From the NCBI RefSeq assembly GCF_902652985.1, contig NC_047030.1, forward strand, positions 18,600,001-18,664,000: 64,000 nucleotides of DNA, given 5' to 3'. The translations under genes were made by a program, and so were the position numbers. Shown here in pieces: positions 14,204 through 28,000 of the stretch. The notes beneath the pieces were generated by a model. The model saw only the letters and a program-made list of their open reading frames with translations. It did not search any database and was not told the DNA's origin. The stretch is from Pecten maximus. Its lineage: Eukaryota. Numbering within the stretch: the stretch's first letter is position 1; every line of letters starts with the position of its first letter.

Positions 14204-14744
14204 CCTGGCAAGATACAAGCGTTAATCCACTCACTAAGTCTCCAAACCCCACCGTCCCATCTCTTTGTTTTGTGTACAAATTCATCCACTGAACGGCTGC
14301 TCGTGTGTCTTGCCACCACTTCCGGGTCAAATTTTAACCTTTGCTTATCAGCATCACTCGCGCTCAAGTTGCTAATGGGAGGAGGTTCAGCCCGGTCGAT
14401 ATGTTTGTATACAAATAACAGTGTACACGGAGGACAAAGCACGTGGTGAAATTGGGGCATATAAACGCCGCGTGTAGCCAAGGACAGTCGATATTTTAAT
14501 GTGGGTTTCTTAGATGATTCACAGGTCACTTCGCTTGTCACTTTTAATACGTCAAAGATAACGTTTAAGGGCAGACTTACCTGTGTACACCTGTATATGG
14601 CTACTAACTTATTACATACCTACACGAGTATGCGTATAATTCTTGACTACTGATTAGATTTCAATGATAGGACTTTATTTATAAGATTAAATGTCCGAAA
14701 CCTGTGATGAAGCTTAGATGTATGTAATCAGAATGTATAGATTC

Positions 14745-14776
<32 letters not shown>

Positions 14777-17602
14777 CTCTACTGACTGATAAATTACAGA
14801 AATATTTTCTCAGTTAAAAATGTGAACACTTTCCGCGGGCCAAATCTAACGGAATATTTGTACACGTTAAAGGTACTAGTGTATGAAATAGGATTAACCT
14901 CAGGTTCGAGTCCACTAGAAAACGCGGTATTCTTTTGATTGTACATAGAAAATTGGGAAACAGAAAAAAAAGACTAAATGAAAACTTAATGGTTTGGAAA
15001 ATATGTACAATAAAACTTGGTTTTGAAAATCATTGAACCATAATTTCCTATGCATGATAGGCAATACGACACGCGGATAGTGTGACGATAGTTCTTTTGA
15101 TATCATACTGGGAATGGCACGGAAATAGTTGGCATTCCTTTTACCTATACATATATTTATATACACATGTACACTTCAGTACACAACACAGTTCAAACAA
15201 AGACACCCGCCCAACAATTGTGACTTGAATTACAATTAAATTCAATAAATCTTGTACCTTTAGAAAAGTACATATGGACAATGTTTAAACAACGCAATTT
15301 CATGTTGAATTTTAAATTTTTAGACCAGACGTTTTTTTTTGAAAATAATTATTGAGATGTTGAAGTGTAATGGAGGTTCTGACTAATATGCTTACTTTAC
15401 TATTATAAGCATTAGGTACAAACAACACGCATATTATAGATCCTCATATCAATATATACGATTCTATCGCCACGGGCTGAGACCACCGAAATTATAGGTT
15501 CGTCAGACCGTCAGATGTTGACACAACACAGCGTAACATGCCAATGACGTCATTTTGTTTGGACTGTGACGTATAATAATTAATCACAGGCTTTTGAAAA
15601 GGCCAATATGTCCTGCATGGTTTTAGTTTAAACAGTATTTTATTCAATCCATAGACATTGCATACAAAATATATCGGTTTTTAATTTGCAAAAGGATCTG
15701 GAAATATGCTTAAAGCTTATATCAATCCATCTCCCTCAGAAGTTCAGCATACTTTTATGTAGCATAGTGGCCAAGTCACAACACTGCTTAATCATTTTAT
15801 AATTTACATAGGTAATATTAATGTATTAAAACATAATGGTTTTAATAACCTGGGGAAAAGGACCAACCAAGGACGAAGTCCGAGGTTGATTTTTTTCTCG
15901 TGTTAATAAAACCATATATCGACCGAAATCTCAGGGCTGTAACAGCTTTATTATAAAATGGTAATTAAAGACATTCGGGGCAAGTAAATGTTTACTATAT
16001 AATCAGTGATCATGACACTACAATAGGAAACATTCATAAAACCACTACAATAATGTTTTCTTTAACATGAGTCGGACGTCTATTGTTTCGTCATGCGGTA
16101 CACTTGTCTCTCTGTATTGTATTATAATTATTGTCAGAAAAAAGAACGAAAACATGATAGTTATAAAACAGGAAAAAGATAAATACATTGAAAAAACAGC
16201 GAGATGGGTACATGTATACCGCAAAAACACGATATACAATACAGCGTGATAATTAAAATAGAGAGAGGGTATTAAATAGCTTCGCACTCGTGTTGTATTA
16301 TAATTGTTGTCAGAAATAGCAAAGACTGAACAAATTAATAGTTTCAAAAATAAATAAATTAACAGAAAAGACAGTGCAACGTTGTAAATATATGTCATAA
16401 AAACGCGATATAACCTTACAACACAGCGTAATAATTAATATAGAGAGAGGGTATTGAACGGCTTCGCACTCGTGAAAAATAGCGATATTCTGTCATATTC
16501 GTTAAATGTACATGTATGTAATATTCCACGGGAAATAATTTATTTTTCCATGTATTTAATTTATAACACCGAGAAAACAATAGAAAAATAAAACTGCTTC
16601 GAAAAAACGCGGGAATCGGCAGAACAATATGTGACGTAGTAACGTTATGACGTTACACTTCACAACAAGACGGCGCCATTTAGCGTCTTTTGCTCCTACT
16701 TGATAAGATTTGCTTTCATAACTAATGACCAATGACTATTTTATTAAAAACTACAATGTATAGGCCTGCTGCACATGGACTTGAGAATTATTTACAGTCT
16801 ACATGTATTTGGATGTTCAAAGTCACGAAGCGACGTTCTGCTAGTGACGTTCACCGACATGCATCTCTCGAAACCCTGTATAATATGTTTTACGTAAGCA
16901 GTTGAAACCTGTCGCGGAAATCCTGTTACCGAGAACAAGGGGTAGGAAATAATGACTGACTGTCATGAAAATTGACTCGAACGATCTTTGCGCCACCATT
17001 TGCTTTGTAGCCAAAATTACTCTATGCAATTACAATTTTCAAGAAAAAAAAAAAAAGAAAAAAAAAGCAATTATTCCGAGATAAGGATGAACAAAAAATG
17101 TTCTCAGTAAATGTTTAGAGGTTACCAGGAGAGTCCTATCTTAATTAAGAAAGTTTTGTTATGACTTAAATCATATAACCTTTCTTGCAGCGATAGATTA
17201 TGAGAAAAATTGGATTATGGAAGAGTAACACCATGAAAATAAAATATTACAACGCATTATTGCGTGTTTTCTTTTCATCACCTGAAGGCGAGTTATCTCA
17301 CCTATATATCAGCACTCGCAGGGGGAATAACTCTTATAAGCGGCATTCAAACATTGTAGGTATGACGTTAGATTGGAAATCTTTTTCTAAGGAGATAACA
17401 TTTTATGAGTGTTTCGTATCCCATTAATTGAACATCGAATCAACCTAAATGTGTAAGCACCTTAGGTAGGGAAGCAAGGATGTTACTATCTAGAAATGGA
17501 AAATTAACATTTAGGGAATTGAAATTGTCACGCTTATTTCATTATATACTCCTTCCTATTACAGAGTTGGTGCCAGTGACAAAAGCAAGTGTTATAACTA
17601 TT

Positions 17603-17673
17603 TAAGCATTGAACGGCTTTCAGTTGGCATTCATATTGACTATGAATGCCAACTGAAAGCCGTTCAATGCTTA
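17603..17673. repeat. perfect 33-bp inverted repeat with 5-nt loop
   Basis: TAAGCATTGAACGGCTTTCAGTTGGCATTCATA-TTGAC-TATGAATGCCAACTGAAAGCCGTTCAATGCTTA. Confidence 0.95.
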
Positions 17674-17911
17674 TATTTACCATCTGCGATTTTTTATTTG
17701 TCGTGCGATTTTTTTTTTAAATTTTCAAATTCAAATTTCAGTTGGCAATTCATAAGCTGGTGAACTCGCAACTGAATTGGTAGGGTTATATAGTGGCAGT
17801 GCCATACAATGGTAAATATAGAAGATTGAGAGGCTTCCTAGGAGCCAAAGAAAATGGGTCGCATTTGTCTTTAAGGGCGAAGACGTGTGGACGTGGGAGT
17901 GAACGTGGAGT

Positions 17912-17979
17912 CATCTTCGCTAGCCAAGACTTCTGATCGTGGAGCGGAACGCAATCAAAAGCCTTGGCTAGCGGAGATG
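17912..17979. mobile_element. tiny hairpin/MITE-like element
   Basis: CATCTTCGCTAGCCAAGACTTCTGAT ... ATCAAAAGCCTTGGCTAGCGGAGATG imperfect inverted repeat. Confidence 0.55.
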
Positions 17980-18751
17980 GTTGAGGTTATAAGACACGTT
18001 ACTAGCTCAGGGTGGTGGTGATGTTCATTCCCCCTTTTTTAAATTCTTTTTATTCTATGGGAAAGATATCAGCAAATAAAATCTCAGCTATAACTAGGTT
18101 TGTTTGCCCTGATGATGAAAGAGGGGTTTGCCTTCTTCAGCGTTAATCACACATATCATAAGTTGCAATTAAAGTGTATAAAATCCTGTACTAAGTATGT
18201 CGCTCCAGATGCTTTAGACGACACTTGGCATTTTTAGCACTTGAATTGTGTTGACTTGAAGTTGAACGATCGACCGACAACTAGGTTATTCACAGCGAAC
18301 ATACGAAAGTTGAAAGATCTTAATACATGTGCGAGTTGTTGGGTATATCCTCTTTATGAAAGACCACTGAAATCACCAGAACCGGATTTCTCAGCAGTTC
18401 ACATACCGCTGAAAACTAAAAATGCTAGTTGTACGTGATGAACGGAGCATGGTCATGTCCGACATGGGAACAGGGGCCATAGCCTATCTCGACTGAGTGA
18501 CAACTCTACAACTTAGGGAAAACTGGGTGAACACCAAAAGCAAAGCAGTGCCGAGGTGGTCCAGGAATCGAAGTAAAGTCCCAAACTGCCTCAGTCGAAT
18601 GCGTTATACGTCATCTCTCCTCTACTCTCCCCCTCGTGTTTTCTTCTCTCTGTTCTTAGACCTGTCTGGCATGGTTACACTAGCGGGAAGTTTTTAGCTA
18701 CGTCTTTAAAGATTTCACAACGACACTCATAGATATAGCATTTGTCCTGAC

Positions 18752-19405
18752 CTAGGACTCGTCTGTGATGTTAGCGACATCATGTAGCTATTTCGTTCTT
18801 CTAGGACTCATCAGTGATGTTAGGGACATCATACAACTGTTTCGTCCTTCTAGGACTCGTCAGTGATGTTAGGGATATCATACAGCTGTTTTGTCCTTCT
18901 AGGACTCGTCAGTGATGTTAGGGATATCATACAGCTGTTTTGTCCTTCTAGGACTCGTCAGTGATGTTAGGGATATCATACAGCTGTTTTGTCCTTCTAG
19001 GACTCGTCAGTGATGTTAGGGACATCATACAGCTATTTTGTTCTTCTAGGACTCGTCAGTGATGTTAGGGTCACCATGCAACTGTTTCGTCATTCTAGAA
19101 CTCGTCAGTTATGGTGAGTGCCACCATACAACTGTTTCGTCCTTCTAGGACTCGTCAGTGATGTTAGGGACACCATACCATTGTTTCGTCCTTCTAGGAC
19201 TCGTCAGTAATGGTGAGGGCCACCATACAACTGTTTCGTCCTTCTAGGACTCGTGAGTGATGTTAGGGATATCATACAGCTGTTTCGTCCTTCTAGGACT
19301 CGTCAGTGATATTAGGGATATCATACAACTGTTTCGTCCTTCTAGGACTCGTCAGTGATGTAAGGAACAACATACAGCTGTTTTGTCCTTCTTGGACTCT
19401 TCAAT
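18752..19405. repeat. 49-bp tandem minisatellite (~13 copies)
   Basis: Unit CTAGGACTCGTCAGTGATGTTAGGGATATCATACAGCTGTTTTGTCCTT. Confidence 0.95.
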
Positions 19406-19894
19406 GATTCCAGGAGCCAGGATTCACAATTGACAAACTGTGTCTTTGCGGTTTATTTCATAGGAGGGTCAGGATCCTCGAAATTCCCATGGTTGCATTC
19501 ATGTACCATCCCTTAGAAGAGGTTAGCGCTGAAACGAGTAGGGGGTGGAAATGTCTGTCATGACGACTGACTGGTGACAAGTACTGTGTTTGTAGCAAGA
19601 ATAGCTCCAAAGTGCCAAATAAAGATAAGATAAAATTCTTTTCTCCGTTTCTGCCCTAAAACGACCGTAAATCACATTAGATATAAGGTCACAATCACGA
19701 TGTTTTTCTCATTTTCCTTGTATTTGAGTTCGACACTTCCTGCATGTTTCTACAAAATGCTTGTGGATAGAGTACGGCGATTGATGGTGTGAAAAGGATG
19801 GACAATCTGCGTGTTTCCTAATTTCTGGTTAGCAACTGATCAAAAGAGCTTGATGATAGAATACGGTATCTTATTATATTTGTCTTGTAATGGG

Positions 19895-20086
19895 CACTTG
19901 ATCACTAGCCCTCCACCTCTGGGTTGCGAGTTCGAAACCTACGTGGGGCAGTTGCCAGGTACTTACTGTAGGCCGGTGGTTTTTCTCCGGGTACTCCGGC
20001 TTTCCTCCACCTCCAAAACCTGGCACGTCATTAAATGACCCTGGCTGTTAATAGGACTTTAAACAAAAACAAACAAAACAAACAAA
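19895..20086 (+). mobile_element. 5'-truncated copy of the V-domain-like tRNA SINE
   Basis: Near-identical to 4206-4385; lacks the A box; (CAAA)n tail. Confidence 0.88.
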
Positions 20087-20257
20087 TGGAGGTTGTGTAC
20101 ATTCTTCTTGTTTCTGTTTTGCCGTAGTCTATACGCCCAGCATCGTGTAGTCGGTACACTAAAGGGCTTGTGGAAAAAACAATGGCATTTGGAGGGACGA
20201 AGTTATTCGTACCTTTTATATGTCTATGGTTTACAAAGATAAGAAAAGGCGCCCAAG

Positions 20258-21786
20258 GTATACTCTCTTCGTCCGTCAATACAATCCACGGGTACTCTCC
20301 TCGTCCGTCAAGGGCCGTCCGTCAATACCGTCCACGGGTACTCCCCTCGTCCGTCAATACCGTCCACGGGTACTCCCCTCGTCCGTCAATACCGTCCACG
20401 GGTACTCCCCTCGTCCGTCAATACAGTCCACGGGTACTCTCCTCGTCCCTCAAGACAGTCCACGGGTACTCTCCTCGTCCGTCAGTACAGTCCAAGGGTA
20501 CTCTTCTCGTCCGACAATACAGTCCACGGGTACTCTCCTCGTCCGTCAATACAGTCCACGGGTACTCTCCTCGTCCGTCGATACAATCCACGCGTACTCT
20601 TCTCGTCCGACAATATAGTCCACGGGTACTCTCCTCGTCCGTCAATACAGTCCACGGGTACTCTCCTCGTCCGTCAATACAGTCCACGGGTACTCTCCTC
20701 GTCTGTCGATTCAGTCCACGGGTACTCTCCTCGTCTGTCGATGCAGTCCACGGGTACTCTCCTCGTCCGTCAATACAGTCCTCGGGTACTCTCCTCGTCC
20801 GTCAATACAGTCCACGGGTACTCTCCTCGTCCGTCGATACAGTCCTCGGGTACTCTCCTCGTCTGTCAATACAGTCCACGGGTACTCTCCTCGTCCGTCA
20901 ATACAGTCCACGGGTACTCTCCTCGTCCGTCGATACAGTCCACGGGTACTCTCCTCGTCCGTCAATACAGTCCACGGGTACTCTCCTCGTCCGTCAATAC
21001 AGTCCACGGGTACTCTCCTGGTCCGTCAAATACAGTCCACGGGTACTCTCCTCGTCCGTCAACACAGTCCACGGGTACTCTCCTCGTCCGTCAATACAGT
21101 CCACGGGTACTCTCCTCGTCCGTCAATACAGTCCACGGGTACTCTCCTCGTCCGTCAATACAGTCCACGGGTACCCTCCTCGTCCGTCAGTACAGTCCAC
21201 GGGTACTCTCCTCGTCCGTCAATACAGTCCACGGGTACTCTCCTCGTCTGTCAATACAATCCACGGGTACTCTCCTCGTCTGTCAATACAGTCCACGGGT
21301 ACTCTCCTTTTCTGTCAATACAGTCCACGGGCACTCTCCTCGTCCGTCAATACAGTCCATGGGTACTCTCCTCGTCCGTCAATACAGTCCACGGGTTCTC
21401 TCGTCGTCCGTCAATACAGTCCACGGGTACTCTTCTCGTCCGTCGATACAGTCCACGGGTACTCTTCTCGTCCGTCAATACAGTCCACGGGTACTCTCCT
21501 CGTCCGTCAATACAGTCCACGGGTACTCTCCTCCTCCGTCAATACAGTCCACGGGTACTCCCCTCGTCCGTCAATACAGTCCACGGGTACTCTCCTCGTC
21601 CGTCGATACAGTCCACGGGTACTCTCCTCGTCCGTCAATACAGTCCACGGGTACTCTCCTCGTCCGTCGATACAGTCCACGGGTACTCTCCTCGTCTATC
21701 AATACAGTCCACGGGTACTCTCCTCGTCAGTAGTCCACGAGTACTCTCCTCGTCTGTCAATACATATTGATAAACGAGGCGAGTAC
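20258..21786. repeat. 32-bp tandem minisatellite (~47 copies) ending in an inverted copy of its unit
   Basis: Unit GTCCACGGGTACTCTCCTCGTCCGTCAATACA; generates the spurious 541-aa and 330-aa ORFs with a 32-aa period. Confidence 0.96.
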
Positions 21787-24700
21787 CAATGCTAATGTTA
21801 TGTTATGTTAAGTCTCAGAAGTTTATTTCCCATGATACCTCATGGTTGAACATCTCCCCTTTTCAGTCTGTTTCCCGCCATGCAAATGTACATTCATCTA
21901 ATTTTTGTGAACATATTTCTACCTTCTTCCTCTTATCTTTCCTTCCTCAATAGTCATATATGTTTGTTTTCGTCCACCAAAGAACTATTTCTTCTCCACA
22001 GACTTACTCTTTTCGGTGCTCCTTCATCTCCTACATTGGATAATTGCTGCCGTACCCGAAAGAAGGGAGGTAACCCCTATTTGTTGGTATATCTGGCTTT
22101 GTTTCTTTCGGTTAGTCCACTCGTTCACAGTACCCAACCAGAAAAATCTTTGACAATGGGTAGATGATTTTTTTTCTTCAATATGAAATTTCAATTTCAA
22201 TCAAATGATTTACAATTACCACAAATACAATTTATGTGATCTGCCCTTTCTACATTGTGTGCAGAAAAATAAATAAAAAACATGATTTCCATTGAATAAA
22301 TTTTAATCAAAGAGTTAATAGGAGTTGAACAAAACATCATTTTACAGTTCGCATAGCAGAGAACCCATTCAGGTTAGAAAACCAACATGGAGCAGCTGAT
22401 TTTTTTTGTTTTTTGTTTAGTTTAATCTTAAAATGTGTACCATTTTAAATTTGGATGACCTAATTCTTGATAAGCTTGATCATATTTTGGAATTAAATAA
22501 GTCATTAGATGACCAACCAGCTTACAACACAACATCACTAAAATACACCACAAGTATTTTCTGTCAATCATTTTCCTGCACAAACTCAGCTAAGAAGTTA
22601 GACTTGCATACAAAATTCACAATAATCAAATGCAAATAATCGTCATCAAAAAGATGAAAAAAATAAAACGAATAAGATGGACATGTTTTCATAAACATAC
22701 ATTAATTTATCATAACACATGTTTTGATTATACATTTAACATCCTGTACCAGGGGATATCTTAATCAGATGTAAATAATGTACAGATATATGACTAAATA
22801 TATATTTCTAGTACAACATGCTAACTTGTTATCCTTTAAGGACAATTCAAGTTTATCTGTGTATCACAAACTTGTCTCGGCATATTACTGCCAGTGTAGT
22901 ACAACATCTAAAGCAATATTCAATTGTAACAAGCTTTTTTATTAAACGAGATTTCATTTACATTTTCATGTACAAGCTTTCTAAACCAGTAATGACATTC
23001 ACTTTGATATTACCAGGTAAACAATACATTTAGTACTTAATTAAGACGTGTAATTATCAATTATCTTGTACGGTTTACCCTGAAGAAGGGATATTCAGAT
23101 TCCTGACCACAAGTTCCAATACCTGAAGTAAAGACCTTCCCAAAAGTCTGAATGAGTTTTCACGAGACAGCAAACCTTGCAGAGTAGTCCGAGATTCAGA
23201 AATAGTTTGAAAGTAGGTCAAAAGTCAAGGTCAGGTCTGTAAATGTAGTACCAATGGAAAGGTCGTGTGACAAGGAACACACATGTCAAACTCCTCAGCG
23301 ATATCCTCATTAATATTGACACAACAACTTTTCATAAGAACTAGTTGTCTCAGGATGTCAACGATGGCGACACTGGAGGTATGGCTCCCATGGACTTTGT
23401 CACAGCCAACCTGATTAAAAAAAGTCTTGAAAATGCTTAACTAACTAACTAAAAAAAAAAGATGTGTTATTATCTGAGTAAGTATTTAATGTTAACTATG
23501 ATCTTGCATCTTATTTCAAAGCTGTTTTTCAGCCAAATGATTTTTTTATGACATAAACGGTTCAGTCAGTCACTGGCATCAGTTGAATGATTAACTGAGG
23601 GACTTCCTGTATTGTGGTTAAATGGTAGTGAATTATTTTGGCTGTGTAATATGTTTATATAATGTATTATTATACCCCATGTTTGTAAAACTGTCCATGA
23701 TTGGTTAAAACACATCACGTGACAGGAATATAAAACATCATATCTCCCTTGAGCGCATGCCCCAATGGCAACCCTCTCTCTGATTCTCGCCAGAGTTGTC
23801 ATTCTTTTCAGTTTCGTTTTGTAAACAAACATAGAAAACTGTCAAAATTTGAAATTTAACGAACTTGCAAAAAAAATTGTGACAATCAAAAAGTCTAATT
23901 AGTTTGTTGATTGAACTTTACTTATACTTGCTTTGTTTAATGTAATATACATCTCTCTCTATATATAAATATATATATTTCGGAACCTACCAAACATTAA
24001 CCAGAAGTACGGCGTTGGCTCTATACTTCGAGATTTTTTCTCTCTATATATGTGTTGCCATGCCATAAATTGTAAGTTTATATCACATGTACTGGTACTT
24101 GCCTTATTGACTGATTTGCCGTAAGTCTAAAAGAAAGGAAAAATTGAAATTGAAATTGGTTGACCAATTACAAAATGTGTCATGGTTGACTGGAATTTGA
24201 AAGGAATTGTTTCCACTTGGTGATTGCCACAGTGTGATTATGGTTTATGCCTCTAATAGTAATTTCAGTAAGTGTGGGATTCAATTTCTTCTATATCAGA
24301 TCATGACTTTCCACTTCAAACAATTTGTATTCATACTTAATGATAAATATTTGTATTACTGTGACCCAATGTAGACAGACAATCAAAGATCAATTGTTTT
24401 TTTAAAACATTGAGTGTTTGTAGAGTTGTTTTCAGTTCAGAATTCACATTGAAAATTAGTAAATCTATTTGTAACCCCAATTTATTTTCTGTGACAGATA
24501 AATTCCCTATACTACACAGACGAAGGAATGCACCCAAATTATAATTCAACATTTACATTTCAAATACACATACTATTTCTGCAATGTTTTTTTTTATACT
24601 GTACTTGTGGGTTATTTTTGTGGGACGTTAATTTCATGATGTCAATAAATAAACTACATGTGTGGGTGTTATTTATGTGAACTGTTTTTCCTTTGCACAT

Positions 24701-25093
24701 GTTCCATGCATACCACATACATCAAAAAATAATATACCTTTGGAAATTTTCATGGTGAATGGATTCATGTATTTAGCTTAAATTTCTCCCTCATGTTTAC
24801 AAATTCACAATTACAGTACTGTAAATTTCTCCCTCATGTTTACAAATTCACAATTACAGTACTGTAACAACATACAGACTATTTTAGCCAGTTATATTTC
24901 ATGCTGTAGCTTTTTTTTTCACAGTTCAATGATCTTGTAATATTGTTCACAGCATTTGTGAACATCAACAATCCTATTTATTAAAACTGCTTTGAAACAA
25001 AAGTATATTTATTCATAGCACAGAACATAAATATAATCCGCCAGCACTCAATTCCACATTTGAAACACTAATTACAACCACAACTATCAGCCA

Positions 25094-28000
25094 TCACACT
25101 CGCTCATACAGGTAGAGATACGCCAGGTCCTTGGGAGGGTTCTCTGACAATGCCACCTTCTCGTCGTTAAATATCACCCAGCGGCCATCTTTACGGATAT
25201 GACAGACGTAGTGACCGACCATTGTGGACGTGCCCATGTGACTGATGAAAGCTTTTAGTCGGTACTCTGCAGAAACAACACAAATTATTAATATGTTTGA
25301 TTGATTAATCTTTAAAACATTGTTTATAATGAGTAAAAGTTTAGTCAACAGCATAGAAACAACCACATCTACACTATAAAATGAAATTTCCGTAGTTTGA
25401 GCATAGTGAATTATACGGAAATGATTTCCCCTTAGGTGGCAAGTTTTCTCATAGGTAGCAATTATGTGTTTTTGCACATGCAGGTCGGGTAGATGTGAGT
25501 ACGTGGTCATTCAGCGAGTGTAGACCAGCAGGTTCACACATGTTTATTTTTATATAAACATGTTATGTTTGTGACTAAAAGTAGCGAAGTATTATACGAA
25601 TCCGTCTGATTTTCAGGTTAAGTGTTGTTAGTCGGTGGTTATTGTGGTTATGAGTAAGTTCGTATTGTCTAGTAATGTGTAATAGAGTGAGAGGTGATGT
25701 GTATGATGATGAAGATCATGAACTGTATTGCCATGAATACCCATGGCTAGGTAACATTATTGTACAGTATATATTCTTCCATGTATTTAATACAAAAAAT
25801 TGTAACGTAATACTCCATAATTCTTACCAATTTTGAATCATTTTCAATGGAAATGAAACAAATTATGCTAAATTAAGCTATTGTAAAGTTCAGTCCCACC
25901 TCAGAGAAAACATGAAACACAGGAACCATGTTTAGAATTTTGATAAAGCACCCAAAGACCCTCCCATCCATGAAGAGCTGGGTAGAGAAAAGATGATTTT
26001 TGAAATCTCAGTCAATTCTTCCCTCTCTCACCCCTCAGACCCTTGGGCGGGTCGAAACCATATAATTTACAGTTTTGGCTGTCCTTTGGCCCAAGAAAGT
26101 TGGTTGAGATTTTGGGAAGTCAAAAATGTTAACTTATAACAGAGCTTCTCCTAGGTGACCTAAAAAGAGCAGTCAAAGACAAGTGTCCCCAGACAGCTTG
26201 TATTGTACATTCGTACATACTTTCTCGTCCGTCCTTGTATGCAGTTTGTGGTGGGGCGGCCCCAGCTCCTGCTGGCTCCTCGGTTTCCATGGGAGCATTT
26301 AATTCATCAACATGGCTGAAGATCCAGTCCGCTGCCCGCTCTACATTGTTGTCCTGTAGAACAAATATAGACAGTGATTAATGTCTTTCTATTTTCGAAT
26401 AGATTTCATACATTTATCTACAAATTACTGTCAACATACATAATTCTGGGGTTACCTTGTTTTGGCCCTTTTCATGCAAAACGCGTAAGTTCAATGGCGT
26501 TCAGCCCCGACCTGAGTGTCATTTAACATAGCCTTGAGGGACATTACCATGGTCTTGAGCAACACTTATCGTGGCCTTGAGTGACCCTTACCACCCTTAC
26601 CATGACCTTGAGGGACATTTGCCATGGTCTTGAGCAACACTTATCATGGCCTTGAGGGACATTTGCCACGGTCTTGAGCAAATCATAGCATGGCCTTGAG
26701 TGACACCTACCAAGTCCTTGAGGGACATTTGCCACAGTCTTGAGGGACATTTGCCACAGTCTTGAGGGACATTTGCCACAGTCTTGAGGGACATTTGCCA
26801 CGGTCTTGAGCAACACTTATCACAGGCTTGAGGGATATTTACCACGGTCTTGAGCAACACTTATCACAGGCTTGAGGGATATTTACCACGGTCTTGAGCA
26901 ACACTTATCATGGCCTTGAGGGACATTTGCCACGGTCTTGAGCAACACTTATCACAGGCTTGAGGGATATTTACCACGGTCTTGAGCAACACTTAGCGTG
27001 GCCTAGAGTGACACTTACCGTGGCCTTGAGCGCCTTGATGGCCTGATCTCTACTGAAACCCATGGACATGATCATGACTAGGTTATTCTCGTCTGGTATG
27101 AAATCTTTAGGTGACGCTTTCTTGGCTCCAGGCGGTGTAAAAGGGGTGGAGAAATCTGGTGATCAAACATTCAGATGCAATAAATATAAGGTAGACAAAT
27201 TAACATGTCAAAAATCTGAAACCATTGAATAATTTCTAACAGTGAGGTAAAATGTCTAGACTTTCAATAAAATCTACTTCCTGTTCTCTGATGTGTTTAC
27301 AGTTATCAGGGTCACCCATGTTTATACACCTAATTTGTATATGTGATATAACTTGTTCCTAGTTCACACTTACCCATGTGTACACACGTACCTGGGTCAC
27401 CCATGCATACACACTAACCTGGGTCACCCATGTGTACACACGTACCTGGGTCACCCATGCATACACACTTACCTGGGTCACCCATGTGTTCACACTAACC
27501 CAAGTCACCCATGCGTACACACTTACCTGGGTCACCCATGTGTTCACACTTACCTGGGTCACCCATATGTTTACAATGAACTTGTATATGTATATCTGAT
27601 ATAACCTGATTCTAGTTAACACTTACCTTGGTCACCCATATGTTTACAATGAACTTGTATATGTATATCTGATATAACTTGATTCTAGTTAACACTAACC
27701 TTGGTCACCCATATGTTTACACTGAACTTGTATATGTATATCTGATATGACTTGATTCTAGTTAACACTAACCTTGGTCACCCATATGATTACACTGTAT
27801 ATGTATATCTGATGTAACTTGATTCTAGTTAACACTTACCTGGGTCACCCATATGTTTACACTGTATATATATATCTGATGTAACTAGATTCTAGTTGAC
27901 ACTTACCTGGGTCACCCATATGTTTACACTGTATATGTATATCTGATGTAACTAGATTCTAGTTAACACTTACCTGGGTCACCCATATGTTTACACTGTA

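Noticed and set aside
20170-21795. 541-aa (and 330-aa) ORFs as protein-coding genes
   Set aside because: Purely the translation of a stop-free 32-bp tandem repeat; the same peptide appears in all three frames
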